Virus record (IMG/VR): IMGVR_UViG_3300005611_000006
Length of the DNA stretch: 64,000 nt
Reading direction: 5' to 3' (one strand)
From: a virus
Lineage: Duplodnaviria > Caudoviricetes
The position numbers and the translations under genes are program-made. Below are positions 17,738 through 28,033 of this stretch, one piece after another. The stretch's first letter is position 1. The number at the start of each line of letters is the position of its first letter. The notes beneath the pieces are model-generated. The model had not been told where the DNA came from, made no database searches, and saw only the letters and a program-made list of their open reading frames with translations.

Positions 17738-20700
17738 ATGTCACAAAGCACAAATTTAAATGTCAATCCATATTATGACGATTTTGATTCCCAAAAAAAC
17801 TACTATAAGGTACTCTTTAAACCTGGAGTAACTGTTCAAGCAAGAGAACTTACAACTTTACAGTCGATTTTACAAAATCAGATTGAAAAATTTGGTAGTA
17901 GTTTCTATTCAAATGGTGGAATAGTAATTCCAGGAAACTTTGCATATGACGGAACTTTTACTTGTGTTGAAGTCGAATCTACGTACAAAGGAGTTGATGT
18001 AGAGACATATTTCAATTCTTTAGTTGGAAAAGTTGTAGAGGGTAAAAATACAGGAATTACTGCAAAAGTAGAAAGTGTTTTATCAAAAATTAATTCTATT
18101 AGAAACGTAACAACTTTATATATCAAGTATCAAAAATCTTCATCAGACGACTTTTCTACAGAAATTTTTGAAAATGGTGAGGAATTGTCAGTACAATCTG
18201 ATGTAGTTTCAGGAAGTACTTTAATAGAATCTGGACAAGATGTATTTAAAGTAATTTCTCCAGTTGATAGAAGTGCTTGTTCTGTTGGTTCTGCTGCAAA
18301 AATTGAATCTGGTGTTTATTTTATAAGAGGTTATTTTGTAGATATTGAATCTGATTTAATTTTATTGGATCAATATACAAATACTCCATCATATAGAGTT
18401 GGTTTAAATGTAAAAGAAAGTATTATAGATGCTAATGATGATTTATCATTGTATGATAATGCTCAAGGATTTTCAAATTATGCTGCGCCAGGAGCAGATA
18501 GGTTTAAAATATCTTTATCTTTATCTAAGAAAGAAATTGATGATTTTATTGACAATGATTTTATTGAACTCTTTAGAGTTGAAAATGGAATAGTCAAAAA
18601 AATTAAACAAAATGATCAATACTCCTGGATAAATGATATATTAGCAAGAAGAACTTTTGATGAATCGGGAAATTATTATGTTTCTCCTTTTGGAGTAGAA
18701 TCCTTAGAGTCTTTAAATGACAGATTGGGTAATCAAGGATTATATTTGAGTAGTCAAAAAACTTCTGATGGATCTACCCCATCAGATGATTTAGCTGTTC
18801 TTAAAATATCTCCAGGAAAAGCTTATGTTAAAGGATATGAAGTGCCGACTTCTACTGAAGTTTTAGATTTACCAAAACCAAGAACTACAAAAGAAGTAGA
18901 ATCATCCTCTAGCAATTTTTATGCTGCGAATTTAATTAGAGTTAATAATGTTCAAGATTTACCTAAGATAGGTTTAACCACTGATTCTTCTATATCTCTC
19001 TATGATTCTAGATTGGTAAATGGATCTGTTTCAGCAGGAACAACAATTGGACTAGCTAAAATATATGATTTTGAATCTCATAATAATTCATATGAAGATG
19101 ATTCTAGTCAATCTAACTTATACTTATTTGACATTCAGACATATACAAACTTAACTTTAAGTGGTTCAGTAACTGCAGGTGTTGGAGAGTACGTTCAAGG
19201 GCAGTACAGCAATGCCTCAGGATATGTTAAATCTGGATCTGGTGGCGATTTAACTCTATATCAAGTATCTGGTGAATTTATTGTAGATGAGCCTTTAATT
19301 ATTTCTGGCATCTCAACAACTACTAATATTAATTCTATTCAAGACTACTCGATACAAGATATTAAATCTGTTGGTGTTGACAATTTTGCTTCAGATACTT
19401 TACTTTCTAAAGAAATATCGGTTGATGGACCTTTCGACTTTGTATCAAGTGCAGGAGTTTCGACAATAACTGCATTTGATGGAAGTGCATTTGCTACTGG
19501 ATTTAAAGTTAATGATATTATTAAATACTCTAGATCTGGAGTAGATCTTCCAAGTTTTTCTAAAGTTACTAATATTAATAACTCTTTAACTAGCGTTACT
19601 GTTACAGGAGTTTCTACTGTTACAAATGTTTGTGATGGTGGTATTGGATCGACAACAACTTTACAAAATATCAAAATAGTTAGACCAGAAGTATTAAACT
19701 TTGAAGATTCTTCACTATATTCGAGATTAAATAATAGTAATATTTCAGAAATTAGTTTCTTAAATTCCAGTATTTTCACTAAAAAATATTATGATGGTCA
19801 AACTATTTCCGGCAATTCGATAACATTACCATCTCTACTCAATACAGATTTTGTTTATGCTGCTTTTGATGAGGAAAGATATAGTTTAGTTGATGATTCT
19901 GGTAATGGCATAGATTTATCTTCAGCAACGTTTAATCTTACAAATGGTGGAAAAGATGCAGAATTTACAGGATTGAGTGTAGCAACTGCATCTGCAGCAA
20001 AGGTGATAACCACTCAAATTAAATCAAATATTTCGCAGAAATTTAAAAAACTACAAAGAGTACAATCAGTTGTAGTAAACAGGACAAAATATAATCCCTC
20101 TAGAAATGGTGGATTATCTAACTCTACAGTTTATGGAACTAGAGTTGAAGATTCCGAAATAAGTTTAAATTATGCAGATATAGTTGAAGTTCACGGAGTA
20201 TATCAATCATCATCTACATCAAATCCAGAGTTACCTTCTATTACATTTTCTGGCACTTCTGCTGGAAGTTTGAAATTTGGAGAGGTATTTATTGGACAAA
20301 CTTCTGGTGCTGTTGCAATTTATGCAGAAAGAATAACTAGTAGCAGAATTTCTTTTGTGTATAAGTCTAGTAATAAGTTTATTGAAAATGAAGATATCAA
20401 ATTCCAAGAGTCTACAAGAACTGCTACAATATTAACTGTAATTGAAGGAGAAGAAAATATACTATCAGATTTTATTCTAGATAATGGTCAAAGAAAGCAA
20501 TTCTATGATTTTGGTAGATTAGTAAGAAAAACAGCATCAAAAGATCCTTCTGCAAGATTAAAAATTATTTTTGACTACTTTAAGTTTGAGTCTACAGATT
20601 CTGGAGATTTAATTGGAGCAAACAGTTATCAAGAATTTTTATCTAAAAACAAAATTCCAGTTTTCAATGGAATAAAAAATTCTGATGCTATTGATATTAG

Positions 20701-23700
20701 ACCAAGAGTATCTGATTATAGCACTTCATCAAATATAAGTCCATTTGAATATGGATCTAGATCTTTTGATAATGGTTCAAATAATTCATCTCAAGTACTT
20801 TCATCTAATGAATCAATAATTTTTGATTATAGTTTCTATCTTCCCAGAACTGATAAATTAACTTTAGATAGAAATGGTAATTTTAATTTAGTGCTTGGAG
20901 AACCTAGTGAAACTCCAGTTAAACCACAAATAACAGAAGAAGTATTAGATGTCGCAACAATTGTAAGTTCACCTTACGTTTATGATGCTACAAAAGATAT
21001 TAATATAATTTTAACTGATAATAAGAGATATACTATGTCTGATTTAAGAGACATAGAAAAAAGAGTTAATAATTTAGAATATTATAGTACTCTATCTCTT
21101 CTTGAAGTTGAAACTAAAAATCTTTTAGTTCAAGATTCTCAAGGTTTTAATAGATTTAAGTCTGGATTCTTTGTAGATGATTTCCAAAATTATAATACTT
21201 CAAATACTGATTCATCCATTTTTAGGTCAAATATTAGTAATGGATCTTTAAAATCTGAAGTAAATAAAAATCAAATTACACTCAAGTTAGATTCTAATAA
21301 TAATACTCAAATAACCGGAGATACATTAACATTAAAATACTCTGAAAATGAGTATCAAAAGCAACCATTTGCAAGTAGGATTGTAAATGTAAATCCATTT
21401 AACATTGTAACTTGGACTGGAAAACTTCAATTAAATCCATCTTCTGATAGTTGGACTGTAGAAGTTTCTTCAGTTCAAGAGATTGCTGATGTTGATAGAA
21501 GAGGTCAAGTAGATCGTACTAGATCTTCTACTTCTATTCCATACATTAGATCTAGAAATATAGAGTTTATTGGAACTAGATTAAAGCCATCTACACAGTT
21601 TAACTTAATATTTGACTCTAGAAATTTATCAACAAATTCAACAGGAAATACTTATGCATTTCCTAAGTTATTACAGATATCAAATGTAGTTGGAACATTC
21701 TCAATCGGTGAGACTGTTCGAGGATTTGATAATAACGGAAATAGAATTTCATTTAGAATTTGCACTCCAAACCATAAAACTGGAACATTCAATAATCCAG
21801 ATTCAACTTATAATGTTAATCCATATGAATCTAATGTTAAAATTCCTTCATCTTATGGTCCTCAGTCTACAGTATTGAATGTTGATACTTCATCACTTCA
21901 AATTTCAAATGAATCTTCTTATTTTGGTAATGTTACTTCTGGTATGAAATTGTACGGATCTTCAAGTGGAGCAACAGCAACAGTATCAGAATTAAAATTA
22001 GTTTCAGATGATAATGGTACTCTAATAGGTAGTATTTTTATTCCTGATCCAGACTCAAGTTCATTGAAGTTTAAAACAGGCAATACTTCTGTAAAATTAA
22101 CTACCTCTACTGCTGCTTTAGGAGTTCCAGGAGAGTTTACAAGTTCTGCAGAAACTACTTTTAATACTTCGGGAAGTAGAGTAGAGATCAGAACTGTTAC
22201 TTATTACGATCCTTTAGCGCAGTCATTTATTGTAGAAGAATCAGAGGGTATTGTTCCAACTTCTGTTGACGTTTTCTTTGCAACTAAAGATTCTACATTA
22301 CCAGTAACTCTACAGATTAGAGAAGTTTTAAATGGTCTTCCAGGTGGTCCTGATAAAATTGTTGGAGGTTTGGAAAAAATAATAAACCCAAATAAAGTAA
22401 AGGTTAGTAATAATGCTTCAGTTGCAACAAACTTTAAGTTTGATAATTTAACTAGATTAGAGGGAGGTAAAGAATATGCAATCGTTTTAATTTCAGATTC
22501 AAGTGATTATAACGTTTGGATATCTAGAGTAGGAGAAGTTGAAATTTCTACACAATCATTCACCGAAGCTCAAAAAGTTATAATTAATAAGCAACCATCT
22601 TTAGGTTCTCTATTCAAATCTCAAAACGGAACAACCTGGGTTCCAACTCCAGAAGATGATCTTAAATTTACAATTAAAAATGCTAAGTTTAGTAATAAAG
22701 CAGGAACTTCAATTTTCTTTAATAGTGAAATTCCTACAAGATCAAATGAAAATAAACTTTCTTCAAATCCAATTTTTTCAATATCATCATCTGCTTCAGA
22801 ATATAATAGTGGAAGACATATTTTAGTATTTCATCCAAATCATGGAATGAATTCATTAACTAATAAAGTTGACATTGAAGGAATTATTTCAGACGTTCTT
22901 CCTGAGAAATTAACTGTTGCATATGGAATTACAGATTCTGGTCCAATATCTGTAGCAAGTGATACAATATTTGAAGAATTTGAAGGATCTACAGTTAATA
23001 ACTCTACAGCTTATGTTGTAATTAATGGTGAAATTATAAAATATGAAAATACTGGAAGTGATCAATTAGTTGATATAACTAGAGCACAATTTGGAACAAC
23101 GAAGTTAGATCATCCAGTAAATTCTTTAGTTTATAAGTATGAATTTAATAATGTATCATTGGAAAGAATTAACAAAACTCACGATATAATTGATCCTACA
23201 ATAGATTCTTATTATATCCAAGTTGGATCTGGAAGTTTGTTTAGTGAAAGTAAGTTTGGTGGTGGTGATAAAGTTTATGCATCAAAAAATAAGCAATTTA
23301 GTAAGTTAGAATTTGATAATAACTTTATCACTAGATTTGAATCTACTTCTGTTGATTCTTCAGTTAGAACTGTAAGTTCTACTAGTATAGATGGTAGTGA
23401 AGTATCATTCAAGGATAAGGGATATGAATCTGTCGGGATCAATAGTATTAATCAGTTTACAGATCCGAGAATGGTTTGTTCAAGAATAAATGAAACTACA
23501 TCATTAAATACTAATCAGTTTAAGGATAATAAATCATTTACTTTACAGTTAACTTTATCGACTAATAATCAAGATTTATCACCTATACTAAATTTAAATA
23601 ATTCAAATTTAATTGTTGAAAATAATAGAATAAATCAACCAATTGGTATAAATTCTTATTCAGTAGACAATAGAATTAACTCAAACGTTGATGATCCAAA

Positions 23701-24091
23701 TGCTTTAATTTATGTTTCAAACAGAGTTGATTTATCTCAAAGTGCATCATCGATAAAAGTTTTACTTTCCGCTTATAGATCACAATACTCTGATATTAGA
23801 GCTCTTTATAAAATTTACAGAGATGACAATCCAGATGAAAATCAAGTTTGGCAATTATTCCCAGGATATTTGAATCTTGATGTAAATAATAAGATTATTA
23901 ACACTTCAAATAATGATGGAAGATCTGATACATCAGTACCTTCTAGTTTAGAAAATGAATACCGTGAATATTCATTTACAATTGACGAGTTGCCACAGTT
24001 TACATCATTTGCTATAAAAATTGTTGGTACAAGCTCTAATCAAGCATATACACCAATTATTGAAGATTTAAGAGTAATTGCTTTAAAATGA
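17738..24091 (+). CDS. Large virion structural protein, VrlC/DUF4815-like
   Basis: NLNVNPYYDDFD...VLFKPG..VQARELTTLQSILQ, APGADR, LARRTFDESGNY, YYDPLAQSF and GSLFKSQNG.TW. Confidence 0.85.
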   Translation: MSQSTNLNVNPYYDDFDSQKNYYKVLFKPGVTVQARELTTLQSILQNQIEKFGSSFYSNGGIVIPGNFAYDGTFTCVEVESTYKGVDVETYFNSLVGKVVEGKNTGITAKVESVLSKINSIRNVTTLYIKYQKSSSDDFSTEIFENGEELSVQSDVVSGSTLIESGQDVFKVISPVDRSACSVGSAAKIESGVYFIRGYFVDIESDLILLDQYTNTPSYRVGLNVKESIIDANDDLSLYDNAQGFSNYAAPGADRFKISLSLSKKEIDDFIDNDFIELFRVENGIVKKIKQNDQYSWINDILARRTFDESGNYYVSPFGVESLESLNDRLGNQGLYLSSQKTSDGSTPSDDLAVLKISPGKAYVKGYEVPTSTEVLDLPKPRTTKEVESSSSNFYAANLIRVNNVQDLPKIGLTTDSSISLYDSRLVNGSVSAGTTIGLAKIYDFESHNNSYEDDSSQSNLYLFDIQTYTNLTLSGSVTAGVGEYVQGQYSNASGYVKSGSGGDLTLYQVSGEFIVDEPLIISGISTTTNINSIQDYSIQDIKSVGVDNFASDTLLSKEISVDGPFDFVSSAGVSTITAFDGSAFATGFKVNDIIKYSRSGVDLPSFSKVTNINNSLTSVTVTGVSTVTNVCDGGIGSTTTLQNIKIVRPEVLNFEDSSLYSRLNNSNISEISFLNSSIFTKKYYDGQTISGNSITLPSLLNTDFVYAAFDEERYSLVDDSGNGIDLSSATFNLTNGGKDAEFTGLSVATASAAKVITTQIKSNISQKFKKLQRVQSVVVNRTKYNPSRNGGLSNSTVYGTRVEDSEISLNYADIVEVHGVYQSSSTSNPELPSITFSGTSAGSLKFGEVFIGQTSGAVAIYAERITSSRISFVYKSSNKFIENEDIKFQESTRTATILTVIEGEENILSDFILDNGQRKQFYDFGRLVRKTASKDPSARLKIIFDYFKFESTDSGDLIGANSYQEFLSKNKIPVFNGIKNSDAIDIRPRVSDYSTSSNISPFEYGSRSFDNGSNNSSQVLSSNESIIFDYSFYLPRTDKLTLDRNGNFNLVLGEPSETPVKPQITEEVLDVATIVSSPYVYDATKDINIILTDNKRYTMSDLRDIEKRVNNLEYYSTLSLLEVETKNLLVQDSQGFNRFKSGFFVDDFQNYNTSNTDSSIFRSNISNGSLKSEVNKNQITLKLDSNNNTQITGDTLTLKYSENEYQKQPFASRIVNVNPFNIVTWTGKLQLNPSSDSWTVEVSSVQEIADVDRRGQVDRTRSSTSIPYIRSRNIEFIGTRLKPSTQFNLIFDSRNLSTNSTGNTYAFPKLLQISNVVGTFSIGETVRGFDNNGNRISFRICTPNHKTGTFNNPDSTYNVNPYESNVKIPSSYGPQSTVLNVDTSSLQISNESSYFGNVTSGMKLYGSSSGATATVSELKLVSDDNGTLIGSIFIPDPDSSSLKFKTGNTSVKLTTSTAALGVPGEFTSSAETTFNTSGSRVEIRTVTYYDPLAQSFIVEESEGIVPTSVDVFFATKDSTLPVTLQIREVLNGLPGGPDKIVGGLEKIINPNKVKVSNNASVATNFKFDNLTRLEGGKEYAIVLISDSSDYNVWISRVGEVEISTQSFTEAQKVIINKQPSLGSLFKSQNGTTWVPTPEDDLKFTIKNAKFSNKAGTSIFFNSEIPTRSNENKLSSNPIFSISSSASEYNSGRHILVFHPNHGMNSLTNKVDIEGIISDVLPEKLTVAYGITDSGPISVASDTIFEEFEGSTVNNSTAYVVINGEIIKYENTGSDQLVDITRAQFGTTKLDHPVNSLVYKYEFNNVSLERINKTHDIIDPTIDSYYIQVGSGSLFSESKFGGGDKVYASKNKQFSKLEFDNNFITRFESTSVDSSVRTVSSTSIDGSEVSFKDKGYESVGINSINQFTDPRMVCSRINETTSLNTNQFKDNKSFTLQLTLSTNNQDLSPILNLNNSNLIVENNRINQPIGINSYSVDNRINSNVDDPNALIYVSNRVDLSQSASSIKVLLSAYRSQYSDIRALYKIYRDDNPDENQVWQLFPGYLNLDVNNKIINTSNNDGRSDTSVPSSLENEYREYSFTIDELPQFTSFAIKIVGTSSNQAYTPIIEDLRVIALK

Positions 24092-24318
24092 ATAAATTCG
24101 CCAAAATAGATGGTCATCAAAATTTAATAAGAGATATTAAATCAAATGCAATAATAAATACTGACATATCTGAGGGAAGCAATTATTTTCAAAATAGAGA
24201 GAAGAGAAAAGAAGACCAAGAAACCATGCAAAAATTGAAAAAAGATATCGATTCTCTAAAATCTTCAATTGATGAAATTAAATTTTTAATTAAAGGCATA
24301 AAAAATGAATCACAATGA
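24088..24318 (+). CDS. Hypothetical coiled-coil protein
   Basis: KIDGHQNLIRD...AIIN followed by a coiled-coil C-terminus; overlaps both neighbouring genes. Confidence 0.8.
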   Translation: MNKFAKIDGHQNLIRDIKSNAIINTDISEGSNYFQNREKRKEDQETMQKLKKDIDSLKSSIDEIKFLIKGIKNESQ

Positions 24319-24484
24319 AATTGAACTCAAAAATGTTACAAAGTTATTTGCATTTGAAAATTTATCTAGAGAAATAGATTCCATTGAAGATATTAATTCC
24401 TTAAGAAATGTATGTAAGTGTTACGTTAAACTTTACTTTAAACAACAAGAAACACTAAGTGAAATAAACATTCTAAATAGTTAA
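24305..24484 (+). CDS. Small helical hypothetical protein (59 aa), weakly NblA-like
   Basis: Translated by hand: MNHNEIELKNVTKLFAFENLSREIDSIEDINSLRNVCKCYVKLYFKQQETLSEINILNS; fills the gap before gp13. Confidence 0.7.
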   Translation: MNHNEIELKNVTKLFAFENLSREIDSIEDINSLRNVCKCYVKLYFKQQETLSEINILNS

Positions 24485-24497
24485 AAAAGTAAAAATA

Positions 24498-25319
24498 ATG
24501 GCAAAACCTGCATCAAGACAAGAATTAAAAGAATATGCTTTAAGGCAACTTGGTGCTCCCGTTTTAGAGATTAATATTGCCGATGAACAACTTGATGATA
24601 GATTGGATGACGCTCTTCAACTTTTTTATGAGCGTCATTTCGATGGTGTTGAAAGAGTTTACCTCAAATACAAAATAACTGATGATGACATTAAAAGAGG
24701 TAAGGCAAGAGGTGATAGTGAGTCTCTTGGAATTACAACTTATACGACTTCTAGTGGAAATTTTGAAGAAAATTCAAATTATTTAACTTTACCAGATTCA
24801 ATTCTTGGAGTTGAAAGAATTTTCAAGTTTGATACAAGCACTGTTTCAAACAATATGTTTAGTTATAAGTACCAACTTTTTTTAAATGATATCGCATTTA
24901 ATGTTGGTTATGATGGATTACTTAATTACGCAATGACAAAAACATATGTTGAGGACATTGATTATCTAATTACAACAAATAAGCAAATTAGATTTAATAA
25001 AAGAAATAATAGATTGTACTTAGATATTGATTGGGGATCAGCAAAAGCGGATACTTATATTATTATAGATTGTCAAAGAATTATGGATCCATCAAATTAT
25101 ACTGGAGTCTATAATGATTCATTTTTAAAACTATATTTTACTGCTTCAGTCAAAAAGCAATGGGGTCAAAACTTAATTAAATTCCAAGGAGTAAAACTTC
25201 CAGGTGGAGTAGAGCTTAATGGAAGACAAATTTATGATGATGCTGTTAAAGAATTAGAGTCAATAAGAGAAAGAATGATGAGTGAATATGAAACTGCTCC
25301 TTTCGATTTGATAGGATAA
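24498..25319 (+). CDS. gp13: Neck protein gp13
   Basis: ELKEYALRQLGAPVLEIN and KKQWGQNLIKF.GV.LPGGV.LNG. Confidence 0.95.
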   Translation: MAKPASRQELKEYALRQLGAPVLEINIADEQLDDRLDDALQLFYERHFDGVERVYLKYKITDDDIKRGKARGDSESLGITTYTTSSGNFEENSNYLTLPDSILGVERIFKFDTSTVSNNMFSYKYQLFLNDIAFNVGYDGLLNYAMTKTYVEDIDYLITTNKQIRFNKRNNRLYLDIDWGSAKADTYIIIDCQRIMDPSNYTGVYNDSFLKLYFTASVKKQWGQNLIKFQGVKLPGGVELNGRQIYDDAVKELESIRERMMSEYETAPFDLIG

Positions 25320-25320
25320 T

Positions 25321-26691
25321 ATGTTAAATCCATTTTTTCTTAACGGCAATTATACTGAGCAAGGTCTTGTCCAAGACCTTATAAATGAGCAATTAAAGAT
25401 GTATGGCATAGAAGTTTACTATATGCCTAGATCTATTTTTTCGGAAGGAAAAATAATTAAGGAAGCTATATATTCTAAATTTAAAAATGCATTTCCAATT
25501 GAAGCTTATGTAGCAAACTACGAAGGATTTCAAGATAATAGTGTATTAATGAGTAAATTTGGAGTTAGAGTTACTGATGAGATGAATTTGATTATCTCAA
25601 AGGAAAGATTTGAGTTATATATAAGTGAAATGATGAAATCAATTCCAAATGTTAAAAACTACTCCAGACCAAATGAAGGAGACTTAATTTATATTCCATT
25701 AACTGAAAGTTTAATGGAAATTAAATTTGTGGAGAATAGAAAACCATTCTTTCAATTGCAAAAAATTTATGTATATGAACTGAGATGTGAAGTATACGAA
25801 TTAGAAGATGATGAAATTAATACAGGAGTAGCATCTATTGACTCAACATTTAAAAATGAAAGTTACTCATCTACATTATCTCTTTCTGGTATAGGGTTAA
25901 CAGCGACAGCAACAGCAACTGTTGTTAATGGAGGAATTCAAAATGTTGACGTAATTAATGAAGGTTATGGATTTACATCTAATCCAACTTTAATTGTAAG
26001 CTCTCCAACATCTGGATCTCAAGCTAGAATCGTAGGTACAACAACAAGTTCCAGATCATTAACTTCTAAGTTAAGTATTAATAAAGTTTATATTGAAGAT
26101 GGTGGAAGTGGATATACCTCAAAACCAAGTATATCTTTATTTGGTGGAGGTGGATCTGGAGTTCAATTTAATGTTGGAATTGCTACAACTGGATCTATTG
26201 GATCAGTATCAATTGTAAATAGTGGTCAAGGATATGTTTCTGCGCCAACAGTAACATTTTCTTCTCCTTCGGGATATGGAGTAACAGCTATTGGAGAAGC
26301 AGTATTAAATAATAGTGGAGGAATATCTACTATTAGAATGACAAATTGTGGATCTGGATATACAACTGCTCCAACAGTTACAATATCTGCAGGGTCTACT
26401 ATTTCCACTGGAAACTTTATATTTAATGAGCAAGTAACTGGATCCATATCTAATGCTACTGGATTAGTAAGAAATTGGGATCCAGATACCAAAGTATTAA
26501 AAGTTTATGGTCAAGGAAAAGATTTTATTGTAGGAGATCTGGTAACTGGATCTAATTCATCTGCTACATATTTCATTCAAAAATATGAAACATATGAGTC
26601 TGATTTTGGATATGATCAGAATGAAGTTATTCAAGAAGAGTCTGATGAAATTCTTAGTTTTGATGAAATAAATCCTTTTGGAGAAGTTTAA
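25321..26691 (+). CDS. gp14: Neck protein gp14 with a Gly/Ser/Thr-rich insertion
   Basis: EQ.LVQDLINEQLKMYG, RPNEGDLIY.P and C-terminal F.E.NPFG. Confidence 0.92.
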   Translation: MLNPFFLNGNYTEQGLVQDLINEQLKMYGIEVYYMPRSIFSEGKIIKEAIYSKFKNAFPIEAYVANYEGFQDNSVLMSKFGVRVTDEMNLIISKERFELYISEMMKSIPNVKNYSRPNEGDLIYIPLTESLMEIKFVENRKPFFQLQKIYVYELRCEVYELEDDEINTGVASIDSTFKNESYSSTLSLSGIGLTATATATVVNGGIQNVDVINEGYGFTSNPTLIVSSPTSGSQARIVGTTTSSRSLTSKLSINKVYIEDGGSGYTSKPSISLFGGGGSGVQFNVGIATTGSIGSVSIVNSGQGYVSAPTVTFSSPSGYGVTAIGEAVLNNSGGISTIRMTNCGSGYTTAPTVTISAGSTISTGNFIFNEQVTGSISNATGLVRNWDPDTKVLKVYGQGKDFIVGDLVTGSNSSATYFIQKYETYESDFGYDQNEVIQEESDEILSFDEINPFGEV

Positions 26692-26723
26692 TTTGTTAAA
26701 TAATTAACAAGGAGATTAAGAAA

Positions 26724-27578
26724 ATGTTTGGAACTTATTTTTATAATAAAATAATTACAAAGAATGTTGTTGCATTCGGTACATTATTTAATAATATATC
26801 AATAAAAAAACAAGATGAATCTGATAATGATCTTTCTATATTTAAAGTTCCAATTTCTTATGGTCCAGTACAAAAGTTTTTAGCAAGAATAGAGCAATTT
26901 CCTGATGGAAATAGAAAGATTGCAACAACTTTGCCTAGGATGTCTTTTGAAATGGTTTCAATTGATTATGATGGATCTAGAAAGTCGTCTGTAATTCAAA
27001 CATTTAAAACATCTTCATCATCTGATGGAACTTCAATTAATAATGTTTATATGCCAACTCCTTATAATATTCAATTTGAATTAAATATTATGTCAAAAGT
27101 TCAAGATGATGTACTTCAAATTGTAGAACAAATATTACCATTTTTTCAACCATCATTTAATGTTTCTATTAATTTTGTTCCAGAAATTAATGAGATTAGA
27201 GATGTTCCAATAATTTTAAATAGAATTAATTTTAGAGATGATTACGAAGAAGACTTTAGAAGTAGAAGGATTATAAATTATACATTAACGTTTACTTTAA
27301 AAACATACTTGTTTAGTCAAATTCCATCAGATTCTCAAGGACTTATTAAAAAAGTTCAAGTTGATTATGCAACTGATGCAATTAAGAGTGCTAAGAGAGA
27401 AGTTAGATATGTATCTACACCAAAAGCTCTTCAAGACTATAACGATGATAATCAAATAAATGAATTAGATGATCCATTTATTGAGATGGGAGATGATTTT
27501 GGATTCAATAGAACCATAACAGAATACCAAGATTTTAAAACATACAGTTCTGCTCAAGGAGTTGATGTGGATGTATGA
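26724..27578 (+). CDS. gp15: Tail sheath stabilizer / tail terminator gp15
   Basis: VVAFGTLFNNI, LPRMSFE and QIVEQILPFFQP. Confidence 0.95.
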   Translation: MFGTYFYNKIITKNVVAFGTLFNNISIKKQDESDNDLSIFKVPISYGPVQKFLARIEQFPDGNRKIATTLPRMSFEMVSIDYDGSRKSSVIQTFKTSSSSDGTSINNVYMPTPYNIQFELNIMSKVQDDVLQIVEQILPFFQPSFNVSINFVPEINEIRDVPIILNRINFRDDYEEDFRSRRIINYTLTFTLKTYLFSQIPSDSQGLIKKVQVDYATDAIKSAKREVRYVSTPKALQDYNDDNQINELDDPFIEMGDDFGFNRTITEYQDFKTYSSAQGVDVDV

Positions 27579-28024
27579 GTATGATAGAAAAAAAGTATGA
27601 AGGTTTAGAGAAAGCCTTAAATATAGAAACTGAAATTGAAAAAAGTATTGATATTGAAGTAGTATCAAAGGATATTGTAGATATTACATCTGAACAAAAA
27701 ACATCAGATGATCCTGAAAAAGATTATGAATATACTAGGGCAAACTTATATAAATTGATAGATAGAGGTCAAGAAGCAATTGAAGGAATTCTTGAATTGG
27801 CACAAGAGTCTGAACACCCAAGAGCATTTGAAGTTGCTGGACAATTAATTAAGTCTGTGGGAGATGTTACAGATAAACTATTAGACCTTCAGAAAAAAAT
27901 GAAAGACTTGGATGCTCCAACTAAAAAAGGAAATACAACAGTCAATAATGCACTTTTTGTAGGATCTACCGCTGAACTATCAAAACTTTTAAAACAAGGT
28001 CTTCTAAATAATAAAGAAGAATAA
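27575..28024 (+). CDS. gp16: Terminase small subunit gp16
   Basis: DYEYTRANL, HPRAFEVAGQLIK and NNALFVGSTAEL. Confidence 0.95.
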   Translation: MSMIEKKYEGLEKALNIETEIEKSIDIEVVSKDIVDITSEQKTSDDPEKDYEYTRANLYKLIDRGQEAIEGILELAQESEHPRAFEVAGQLIKSVGDVTDKLLDLQKKMKDLDAPTKKGNTTVNNALFVGSTAELSKLLKQGLLNNKEE

Positions 28025-28033
28025 TCTTAACTC

